The translations under genes were made by a program, and so were the position numbers. The notes below the pieces were generated by a model. The model ran no database searches. It saw only the letters and a list, made by a program, of their open reading frames with translations, and was not told where the DNA came from. DNA of 40,078 nucleotides from a virus. The stretch covers positions 1 to 40,078 of the IMG/VR virus record IMGVR_UViG_3300034069_000373; one strand, 5' to 3'. Below are positions 6,352 to 12,769 of this stretch, in pieces. Numbering within the stretch: the first letter of the stretch is position 1; each line of letters opens with the position of its first letter.

Positions 6352-6818
6352 TTGGCGTCTCCTTGTTGGGAGAGAGCGGCGTGCAGCGCGTCTGAGCGCT
6401 TGTCGTATCGCTCGGAAAATCCGGCCAATGCGAGCAGGATTTTCCCGACCTTGCTGTCGCGATCCGCATCCCAATGAGCATGAGCTTCTCGTGCCATTTC
6501 AATGACGCCGCGAAGAACGTCGAGGCTCGGCACCTGTGCTGCGCCCAGAGAGGCGCGAGCCTCGGTAACGACCTTTTCAAGCCGGTGCATGAACCATGCA
6601 GAACGGTACGCGTCCGCGTCGTCGTATTCGTAGATGAAGCGATGAAGCTCGGTAGCCAAAAGCGAATCAGCGTCAGGGCCGTAGCCGCCTTCTGCCACTC
6701 GCTTCGCGATGAAGTCAGAGTTTTCAACACGCATCGCGCATTCGTTCCAGCTAGGCAAGTTGCTGGCCGGTGCTGGCTCGGGCTCGCGCTCATCAGCGCC
6801 CTTGATCGGCGCGATCAT
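6348..6818 (-). CDS. Mosaic two-module protein P2 (unknown function) with one GAAQVP linker
   Basis: The ATG at 6818 has an ATGA overlap with the upstream stop. The protein contains ...EARASLGAAQVPSLD... and ends in HAALSQQGDAK. Confidence 0.75.
   Translation of the reverse strand: MIAPIKGADEREPEPAPASNLPSWNECAMRVENSDFIAKRVAEGGYGPDADSLLATELHRFIYEYDDADAYRSAWFMHRLEKVVTEARASLGAAQVPSLDVLRGVIEMAREAHAHWDADRDSKVGKILLALAGFSERYDKRSDALHAALSQQGDAK
6367..6382 (-). repeat. Shared 3' gene-boundary block in P2 (16 bp, shared with the P1 block)
   Basis: The plus strand reads tgggagagagcggcgt, equal to P1 positions 366..381. It encodes AALSQ at the end of P2. Confidence 0.85.
6529..6559 (-). repeat. Linker repeat copy C (31 bp, exact reverse complement of 8087..8117; core 6529..6546)
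   Basis: The reverse complement reads ctcgcgcctctctgggcgcagcacaggtgcc and encodes ARASLGAAQVP in P2. It also shares gggcgcagcacaggtgccgagcct (24 bp) with copies A and E. Confidence 0.9.
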
Positions 6819-7003
6819 GGCTGGCCCCACAGCACCAGAGCAACCACCGCCAGCACAGCGCAGACGATCAATGCGCGCTCATGCCAAGGCAGCGGGGCGG
6901 GAGTGCATCGCTGGATGGCGACGAAATCACGGCACACGTCGTGCGAGGTTCGCGGGGTGATCGTGTGATCGAGGGGGCGGGTCAGGAAATCGGGGCGTTT
7001 CAT
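6815..7003 (-). CDS. Small protein with C-terminal TM segment (62 aa)
   Basis: The ORF is in the track. ATGA overlaps on both sides. Hydrophobic tail: ALIVCAVLAVVALVLW. Confidence 0.55.
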   Translation of the reverse strand: MKRPDFLTRPLDHTITPRTSHDVCRDFVAIQRCTPAPLPWHERALIVCAVLAVVALVLWGQP

Positions 7004-7314
7004 TCGTTCACCTCTGCGTTTTGTTGTGCGTATGCGTGGATCAGCTTGTCGACCAGAGCGATGGCCTCTGCGTCGCCTTCCATGGCGTGCTCCATGACGT
7101 AAAGGGCGAGACCTTCGACGTCTGGGGCGCCCTTGAGGTCGGTAGCTTCGACCAGCAGCTTTTCAGTCTCGAACAGCTTGCCGTCAAGGTTCGCCATGCC
7201 GTTGGCCTTAGCGCCATACAGCGAATCCTTGATCTGCGCTTCCATGCGGTCCTGCGCTTCGTTGAGCAGATAGACGTAATCGCCTGCTGCGTCGTTGGTG
7301 TCATCGCGGGTCAT
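7000..7314 (-). CDS. Acidic hypothetical protein (104 aa)
   Basis: The ORF is in the track. The composition looks protein-like and the gene has a coupled start and stop. Confidence 0.65.
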   Translation of the reverse strand: MTRDDTNDAAGDYVYLLNEAQDRMEAQIKDSLYGAKANGMANLDGKLFETEKLLVEATDLKGAPDVEGLALYVMEHAMEGDAEAIALVDKLIHAYAQQNAEVNE

Positions 7315-7517
7315 GCAAACTCCTTAGTAAGCTCATAGACGGCCAAGCCGATGGAGACGACTGCCGCGATGACGAAGAACCAATCGACCACGTTTTCCGA
7401 GGGCGTCGGCTCGGGCTCGGTAATGGGCTTTGCGCGCTCGATCGGATGGTTGTTGGCGGCGTGGACCTTGGCGCTGCGCACCGTGCGGTCGTAGCCGGAG
7501 AGATCGGGTGTTGTCAT
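7311..7517 (-). CDS. First gene of the leftward operon; small C-terminally TM-anchored protein (68 aa)
   Basis: The ATG at 7517 (MTTPDLSGY...) is preceded by cacaaggagcctta. The tracked ORF start at 7562 falls inside the predicted promoter. Confidence 0.6.
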   Translation of the reverse strand: MTTPDLSGYDRTVRSAKVHAANNHPIERAKPITEPEPTPSENVVDWFFVIAAVVSIGLAVYELTKEFA

Positions 7518-7557
7518 TAAGGCTCCTTGTGTGCAGCGTGATTGCTGCGGTAGACGA

Positions 7558-7587
7558 ATCATAACGGCATTCCGAATCCGTGCGCAA
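7558..7587 (-). promoter_or_regulatory. Candidate leftward early promoter TTGCGC-18 nt-TATGAT
   Basis: The minus strand reads TTGCGCacggattcggaatgccgtTATGAT. This leaves a leader of about 34 nt with an AAGGAG RBS before the ATG at 7517. Confidence 0.4.
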
Positions 7588-7598
7588 CAACTATTTTC

Positions 7599-7608
7599 GT
7601 GATCTCAC
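7599..7608. promoter_or_regulatory. GATC-containing dyad (GTGA-TC-TCAC) midway between the two divergent -35 elements; candidate operator
   Basis: The sequence gtgatctcac lies within a T/A-rich context (ttttcgtgatctcacaaa), centred between the -35 at 7582..7587 and the -35 at 7620..7625. Confidence 0.3.
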
Positions 7609-7619
7609 AAATAATCTAG

Positions 7620-7648
7620 TTGCAGACAGTTCGGTAGTCCGTTACGAT
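7620..7648 (+). promoter_or_regulatory. Rightward promoter TTGCAG-17 nt-TACGAT, 6 nt upstream of the ATG at 7655 (leaderless geometry)
   Basis: The plus strand reads TTGCAGacagttcggtagtccgtTACGATaggcgcATG. There is no Shine-Dalgarno sequence before the ATG. Confidence 0.5.
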
Positions 7649-7654
7649 AGGCGC

Positions 7655-7882
7655 ATGCACTACACCCAACACTCCCCAGATTGGCCTGCACTCATCAAGC
7701 AGCTCAAGGCCATCGGCATACAGCAAACCGAGATTGCTGCGCACTGTGGCGTCTCCAACTCAACGCTGAGTGAGCTTGTCACCAAGCGCGCTAAGCGAGA
7801 CCCGGGTTACTTGATCGGCGTTCGGCTGGTCGAGCTACACAAGAAGAACCTTCGCAAGATCAACCACAAGGAGAAAGCATGA
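7655..7882 (+). CDS. Small HTH (Cro/CI-XRE-like) transcriptional regulator (75 aa)
   Basis: MHYTQHSPDWPALIKQLKAIGIQQTEIAAHCGVSNSTLSELV... has a helix-turn-helix signature (Q.EIA...GVS..T.S). It is the first gene of the only plus-strand operon. ATGA overlap with the next gene. Confidence 0.7.
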   Translation: MHYTQHSPDWPALIKQLKAIGIQQTEIAAHCGVSNSTLSELVTKRAKRDPGYLIGVRLVELHKKNLRKINHKEKA

Positions 7883-8826
7883 CCCCCTCTAGCGCCGATG
7901 AGCGCGCCCCCCATCTGTTGCCGTGCCCGTTCTGCGGCGGCACGGCAGAGTTCACACCATACAAGCGAGACGGATTGACGCTGAAGTGCGGCACGCTCGG
8001 ATGCGTGCAATTTGACCAACGCACGCGCCACTCCGTCGACTGGTTGCGCGACTGGTTGCGCGACAGGATGATCGACCACTGGAACACTCGCGCCTCTCTG
8101 GGCGCAGCACAGGTGCCCGTACTTAGCATCAAGAAAAGCGAGTGGGAAGTTCTGTCGCCGGAAGCGCAGGCCAAATTACTTGCGATCACGGGCGCCGGGA
8201 CTCGCAACCTTCAGCGCTCCCAAGCTGCCGCCGACATCGCACGCGTGCCGTTGTGCAGACAGCCGCCCGAAGGCTGGACCTGCAGCCGAGGCGAAGGCCA
8301 TGAGGGACCGTGTGCAAGCAGTCCGGCGGGCGCAGCACAGGTGCCGAGCCTGAGCGATGAGCGCGACGAAGCCGAGAGCGCTTACATTGCACTGGCATTC
8401 AACTACGTTGAAGCTCCCATCGGTTCTAGGGACTGGGATCTGTTTTGGCACGGCTGGAAGGTTCGCGCCTTGCTTGATGCAGCACAGACTCAAGAAACTT
8501 CGGCGTTGACCGCCGAAGTTCTTCGACTGCGCGATCTGGCTGCTACTTGCTATGCGGGACTCGGTGCGGAATGCGACCTGCCGGAAGTATGGCTCGACGC
8601 ATTGCTGGCAGCCTCCGAAGGCCAAGACTTCTCAACCAACCAGCTTCTTCCTATCTGCGCAGCGGAGGCGGCGCCCCTGAGCGATTCGGAGTTGCTCAAT
8701 CTTGCCGTTGACTTTCGCTCAGAACGCGAGCACTGCATGCAGCGGTACACGGAGTTTGACGAAATTGGATTTGCGCGAGCAGTCATCGCCGCTCTCTCCC
8801 AGCCATCCCAGCAGGAGAAAGCATGA
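7879..8826 (+). CDS. Mosaic three-module protein P3: N-terminal Lar-like zinc-ribbon module plus two unknown modules joined by GAAQVP linkers
   Basis: MTPSSADERAPHLLPCPFCGGTAEF...KCGTLGC...HWNTR fits the Lar restriction-alleviation family pattern (CPFCGG...C..C...WN.R). This is followed by ASLGAAQVP, a Cys-rich middle module, PAGAAQVPSLS, and a C-terminal module ending in AALSQPSQQEKA. Confidence 0.8.
   Translation: MTPSSADERAPHLLPCPFCGGTAEFTPYKRDGLTLKCGTLGCVQFDQRTRHSVDWLRDWLRDRMIDHWNTRASLGAAQVPVLSIKKSEWEVLSPEAQAKLLAITGAGTRNLQRSQAAADIARVPLCRQPPEGWTCSRGEGHEGPCASSPAGAAQVPSLSDERDEAESAYIALAFNYVEAPIGSRDWDLFWHGWKVRALLDAAQTQETSALTAEVLRLRDLAATCYAGLGAECDLPEVWLDALLAASEGQDFSTNQLLPICAAEAAPLSDSELLNLAVDFRSEREHCMQRYTEFDEIGFARAVIAALSQPSQQEKA
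7885..7907 (+). repeat. Shared 5' gene-boundary block in P3 (23 bp)
   Basis: Exact match to the reverse complement of 1012..1034. Confidence 0.9.
8087..8117 (+). repeat. Linker repeat copy D (31 bp; core 8100..8117)
   Basis: ctcgcgcctctctgggcgcagcacaggtgcc encodes TRASLGAAQVP in P3. Confidence 0.9.
8323..8357 (+). repeat. Linker repeat copy E (35 bp; core 8328..8345)
   Basis: ccggcgggcgcagcacaggtgccgagcctgagcga encodes PAGAAQVPSLSD in P3. Confidence 0.9.
8787..8807 (+). repeat. Shared 3' gene-boundary block in P3 (21 bp)
   Basis: Exact match to the reverse complement of 361..381. Confidence 0.9.
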
Positions 8827-8942
8827 CCACCGAATCCATCCAGTCCCAAGACGAAGCCCTTTGCGGCCTGAGCCCTCTCGCCTTCATCGGCGTGATGCTG
8901 TGCGAGCTGATCGCTGCACTGTTTGCGAAGGACAAGCCATGA
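8823..8942 (+). CDS. Small hydrophobic protein (39 aa: MTTESIQSQDEALCGLSPLAFIGVMLCELIAALFAKDKP)
   Basis: Hand translation (below the track cutoff). ATGA overlaps with both neighbours bridge P3 to the HNH gene. Confidence 0.45.
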   Translation: MTTESIQSQDEALCGLSPLAFIGVMLCELIAALFAKDKP

Positions 8943-9601
8943 ATGAGCACGCATCGACAGCCAGCGCACAAAATCGCCGTCGAGCTATTTACTCTTCAAA
9001 GGTGTGCGCCTTCTGCGGGGAGTGTTTTAGCCCTGCTACCTCAAAGCCGAAAACGTGCAGTTGGCAATGCCGTTTTTTGTTGCTGCAGAGAGACTTTGAA
9101 GGGAAAGAAGGATGCTGGGAATGGCCTCAAAGCAGAAACATAGTCACCGGCTACGGGCAGTTTCATGCAGAAGAGGGCGGGAAGCGAAATCAAACGGCTC
9201 ACCGCTTGTCGTTTCTGTTGAACAAAGGCGGCATCCCAGACGACCGGCTAGTCATGCATTCTTGCGATAACAGGGGATGTTTTAACCCCGCACACTTGTC
9301 CTTGGGGACCCATCTGGACAACTGTCACGACAAGATCAACAAGGGCCGTCAGAAGGAGCCGAAGCGCAGGAAGTTAGAGGACCATCACAACTCTAAGCTC
9401 ACGCTTGCTGCCATAGCTGAAATCCGTTCCTGCAAAGGCAGGGTGCGAGAGTTTGCCAAGAAGTACGGCGTCAGTACGTCGTGCATCAACGATGCTAGAG
9501 CTGGCGTGTCTTGGTCGACTGCTCCGCAATTCTGCGGACCGCATCTCCCGATCGCTTTGAGCCGGCGCTTGAACCGAGCCAAAACTGAACAACTTGCGTA
9601 A
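8939..9601 (+). CDS. HNH homing endonuclease (HNH_3-type) with N-terminal Cys4 region and C-terminal HTH-like region
   Basis: I chose the ATG at 8939 (MNEHAS...). AHRLSFLLNKGGIPDDRLVMHSCDNRGCFNPAHLSLGTHLDNCHD is a classic HNH_3 motif. By eye the GC content is lower than in the neighbouring genes. Confidence 0.85.
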   Translation: MNEHASTASAQNRRRAIYSSKVCAFCGECFSPATSKPKTCSWQCRFLLLQRDFEGKEGCWEWPQSRNIVTGYGQFHAEEGGKRNQTAHRLSFLLNKGGIPDDRLVMHSCDNRGCFNPAHLSLGTHLDNCHDKINKGRQKEPKRRKLEDHHNSKLTLAAIAEIRSCKGRVREFAKKYGVSTSCINDARAGVSWSTAPQFCGPHLPIALSRRLNRAKTEQLA

Positions 9602-10073
9602 AGCTGACAGTCAAAGCGCCAAACAGCACGTTTAGCAGGTTGGCCGTTCTTTCGTCCCAATCGCGATTGATGACAAACAGCAGATAGACCGCGACGAAGA
9701 ATCCAACGATTACAAGCGCCGAAATGATCGGAGCAGCCCACGCTATGTTGCTGTTTTCTTTCGTGAGGTCGACAGTCTGCTGACGAGCGTTCTGCGTATC
9801 CGTGAGGAATGCCCCCTCTCTAGCTGCATCGACTTTTGCCATCTCAAGCTCTAGAGCCTGTTCGGCAGCACGCAGGGCTAATATCTGGTCACCATTGAGC
9901 GATCCCGTTGATAGAGCCTGCTCCACCTCCTCCGCAGACGCATCAGGACGGCCCAGAACCTTATCGGCGATGACCTTGACGGCTACACCGGCCATCGGCC
10001 CTCCAAGCGCTGCAGCGAGCCCGGGGGCCACACTGCCAATCAGCGAACGCCAGTCGAAATCTTCGAGTGCCAT
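9495..10073 (-). CDS. 3-TM holin-like protein (GTA_holin_3TM / DUF3154-like)
   Basis: The following elements match my recollection of that family: DFDWRSLIGSVAPGLAAALGGPMAG..., ...LALRAAEQALELEMAKVD.., ...DTQNAR, C-terminal TM segments, and FWLGSSAGSKRSGD. It is the last gene of the lysis cluster. Confidence 0.6.
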   Translation of the reverse strand: MALEDFDWRSLIGSVAPGLAAALGGPMAGVAVKVIADKVLGRPDASAEEVEQALSTGSLNGDQILALRAAEQALELEMAKVDAAREGAFLTDTQNARQQTVDLTKENSNIAWAAPIISALVIVGFFVAVYLLFVINRDWDERTANLLNVLFGALTVSFTQVVQFWLGSSAGSKRSGDAVRRIAEQSTKTRQL

Positions 10074-10074
10074 A

Positions 10075-10572
10075 TCAAGCCTTCTGAATGAATGCCAGTG
10101 CTTGGCGGTAGAGCGGGCTCCATGTGTCCGGCTTGGGCTTTCCTGGGCGCCATGTCCTCAGATACAGTGCATAGGCTGCCGTATCGTCGCCCAACTCGGG
10201 GAGGCGCTGCGGGTCGGTCCACAGCAGCAGTCGTGCAGCCGCAGCCGCTGCTACGTCATCCGTCTCGATGGCGTTCCACAGAGCGGTGGCGTTGAAGGCG
10301 ATACCGCGTGCTTCGCAGACCTTGCGCATGTGGGGCTTGGACAGTTCGTGCGAGACGACGCCCTTACAGCCGCCGCCTCGCTCAAATTGCCAGAAACCAC
10401 GAGCTGGTCCTTTGGCTGATGTGTTGTTGAGCAGCTGATAGCGGTTCTCGAATCGGCTTTCCTGAAGACCGATTGCCAGCATGACGACCCGCGCACGTGG
10501 TGAGTCCATCAGTTCGGGGAGGAGCTTGAATGCAGGATTCAGGCCAACGCGCGTGATCTGGTCAAGAGTCAT
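10075..10572 (-). CDS. Endolysin, lytic-transglycosylase/lysozyme-like (165 aa)
   Basis: The ATG at 10572 (MTLDQITRVG...) has an ATGA overlap with the upstream stop. AIGLQESRFENRYQ...ARGFWQFERGGG resembles SLT-like muramidase motifs with a catalytic Glu in QES. It is flanked by membrane proteins. Confidence 0.65.
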   Translation of the reverse strand: MTLDQITRVGLNPAFKLLPELMDSPRARVVMLAIGLQESRFENRYQLLNNTSAKGPARGFWQFERGGGCKGVVSHELSKPHMRKVCEARGIAFNATALWNAIETDDVAAAAAARLLLWTDPQRLPELGDDTAAYALYLRTWRPGKPKPDTWSPLYRQALAFIQKA

Positions 10573-10934
10573 CGGGATAGCTCCATGGGAGGCTCTTCCA
10601 TCGCATTGGCGGGAGGTGTGTCGATGACGCCGTGTCTTGTCTTCACAGGACGCCATGCGTGCGAGCTGGAGAAGAAGATGGCGAGGATAGTGATTTCCAG
10701 CATGAGGCTCGCCCAGCCGACATTCTCGCCCCACCAAGGCCGTGCCATGGAGACGAACCCGGTGGTCATGCACAGCACGTATTCCAGCCGGACCCTGAGC
10801 AAGACATGCTCGTCCATTGCATTCAAACGGCACACACAGATCCCCATGATCGCAATACACAGCGCAGCGTTGAGCAGCAGCACGATCGGCTGGTTGGTGT
10901 CCAGGTGCTCAAGAAGGTCGAGGAATTCAATCAT
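10569..10934 (-). CDS. Membrane protein (121 aa, about 3 TM), holin/antiholin candidate
   Basis: Hydrophobic segments: IVLLLNAALCIAIMGICV, YVLCMTTGFVSMA and WASLMLEITILAIFF. It lies between the holin-like gene and the endolysin. Confidence 0.55.
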   Translation of the reverse strand: MIEFLDLLEHLDTNQPIVLLLNAALCIAIMGICVCRLNAMDEHVLLRVRLEYVLCMTTGFVSMARPWWGENVGWASLMLEITILAIFFSSSHAWRPVKTRHGVIDTPPANAMEEPPMELSR

Positions 10935-11323
10935 TGCGCGCCTCCGGCACGGAATGTGTCGATCACCCGAAGAATCCCCTTGGAAATGCTAGAAAGCAAT
11001 ATGCCAAAGTCTATAAACCCAATCAGCAGAGCGATCGGAGCAAGTAAGAATCGCTCGGAGAAGGTCGGATACTGAGACGAGATCCACCCGGAGATGCCTA
11101 CGGTGAGGAGTGTTGCCATTCCCATAGCTCGAAGGAAGTACCACGTCGCGCTCCACCGATCTGATGGAGGGCGCCTTGCAAGGGCGAAGGATGCCCCGAT
11201 GACTCCAGCCACCGCGAACAGGACGTAGGGGCCGACCACGACAGCAACTTCAGGGGAAAAGATCGAGGCGGCTATAACGACCGATAGGCCAATGGAGTCT
11301 GTGACGCTGGGGCTGCTGTTCAT
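10931..11323 (-). CDS. Membrane protein (130 aa, 3-4 TM), holin candidate
   Basis: Multiple TM segments: GLSVVIAASIF, VVVGPYVLFAVAGVIGASFAL, AMGMATLLTVGISGWI and LLAPIALLIGFIDFGILL. It is the first gene of the lysis cluster, after the tail fibre gene. Confidence 0.55.
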   Translation of the reverse strand: MNSSPSVTDSIGLSVVIAASIFSPEVAVVVGPYVLFAVAGVIGASFALARRPPSDRWSATWYFLRAMGMATLLTVGISGWISSQYPTFSERFLLAPIALLIGFIDFGILLSSISKGILRVIDTFRAGGAQ

Positions 11324-12669
11324 CCGATTTCCGCGTCTACCACGGCAAGTGTGTTATTGGTCAGCCGCCATTGTCCCGCATTGGTATTGACTACGTTCAA
11401 AGTCACGTTGGTCGGCGTCAAGACCTCTTGGTTCAAGGAAGAGATGTTTGTGAAGGTGAAGCCACTGGCAAAGGTAGGATTTTTGCGCTTGACTCCGACA
11501 GTTTTCAGCGTGTAGGTGTTGTTCATGCCTGCTAGCGCGTTGTTGCCGATGAAGTCCACAGAGCCTATCGGAAACACTTCCAGATATCGCAAACACCGAT
11601 ACAGCTCTGTTTGCTCATCAATGGGAGACCACAGCGGCGTATTGACGCCCAAGCCTGCGCGCATGATGGAGGAATCGAGGGTGGCATTTTGTGCAACAGA
11701 GGAATCCAACCAGCTAACAAGGAAGAGATTGTTCATGTTGGACGGCGCGACTACGCCGCCAGCCGATGCGCTGGAGACGGGCACATCAGTCCACGTATTG
11801 GGAGCGACAGTCACTGCGCCTACTGCGATGGTCAAGGTGCTGGAGACGAAGAAATTGCCTGCAGTGTAGGTAGTGCTTGCCCAGTTGTTCACCACATCGC
11901 GAGGCGTGCTGTCTGCAGTTCCAGTCCAAGCGACGAGAGCAACACGCACCGTGGTCGCCACTGAAGATCGGAACTTCGGAGCAAACACCACTTGCCGGCC
12001 TCGATACTCGAAGCAGTTGCGAGACTCCACGATCTGCGTATGCCCAACACGCTTGGGCGTTAGATCGGGCTGGGTGATTCGCATGGCATAAGCTATGCCA
12101 TCGGTGGGTTGCGCGAGCTGGCTGATTGCTACGCTACCCGTCTCGCAAATCAAGATGGTGCGGTCGAACCCGTAATTACCGTCAATGACGCTGGCAACCT
12201 GCCTTTGGTTGAACCGAAAATCACCATTGATCCACAGACTCTGCATCCTGAAAGAGCCAAGTCCGAGGCTGTCGACCGTAGCAAAGTCTTGATCTTGTGT
12301 CCCGGAGAACGTTGCGCCTCCTTTGAATTCAATGGGGCCAGTGTAAGCCCCACCCGTTGCAGGCACGATACCTGCAGCCTGAAGTTGCAGCGGGTCAGCG
12401 CCACCGTAGAAGTCGTCCGTGGTGAATTGGACAACGCCTGCCGAGTCTTGAAGGATCAGCTTGTATGGGACGTTCAGCGTCAGCCATACGGGCGCACGGC
12501 CAGCGGAATCCAGCACCACAGGGTTAGGGTTAGCCGTCTGTCCACCACGATCCGTATAGGTCGCCAGTGGGTTATTTGTCCCTGCAGCGTAGGTGTATAG
12601 CAGGCCACCCGACAACGGATTACCGTCTGCATCGTAGAAAGCGGGGAAAGCGTCGAGTGCGACTGTCAT
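11320..12669 (-). CDS. Tail fibre / receptor-binding protein (449 aa)
   Basis: The N-terminus FYDADGNPLSGGLLYTYAAGTNNPLATYTDRGGQTANPNPVVLDSAGR is the common phage tail-fibre N-terminal motif. The gene follows an AT-rich 100-bp gap. Confidence 0.75.
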   Translation of the reverse strand: MTVALDAFPAFYDADGNPLSGGLLYTYAAGTNNPLATYTDRGGQTANPNPVVLDSAGRAPVWLTLNVPYKLILQDSAGVVQFTTDDFYGGADPLQLQAAGIVPATGGAYTGPIEFKGGATFSGTQDQDFATVDSLGLGSFRMQSLWINGDFRFNQRQVASVIDGNYGFDRTILICETGSVAISQLAQPTDGIAYAMRITQPDLTPKRVGHTQIVESRNCFEYRGRQVVFAPKFRSSVATTVRVALVAWTGTADSTPRDVVNNWASTTYTAGNFFVSSTLTIAVGAVTVAPNTWTDVPVSSASAGGVVAPSNMNNLFLVSWLDSSVAQNATLDSSIMRAGLGVNTPLWSPIDEQTELYRCLRYLEVFPIGSVDFIGNNALAGMNNTYTLKTVGVKRKNPTFASGFTFTNISSLNQEVLTPTNVTLNVVNTNAGQWRLTNNTLAVVDAEIG

Positions 12670-12769
12670 TGTTGTGGCCTAAAATGAGCTATGGAATACA
12701 CCGACTGGATGATTTTAAAAGCTGTCATTGTCTGCGTTGGTGTGTTCGCATACAACTTTTGGCTAGGGG

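Noticed and set aside
6206-6793. 195-aa minus-strand ORF overlapping P2, and the 87-aa version of 6211..6474.
   Set aside because: It is out of frame with the well-supported P2 gene, and its sequence is Arg/Ser/Thr-rich junk. Only the last 46 codons (6211..6351), in the 6211..6474 frame, form a coherent RBS-preceded TM peptide.
12670-12769. AT-rich 100-bp gap before the tail fibre gene, considered as a promoter or small ORF (an 8-codon ATG ORF is present).
   Set aside because: I found no -35/-10 pair with acceptable spacing, and the micro-ORF has no RBS. It is most likely a module junction. It is mentioned under the receptor-binding finding.
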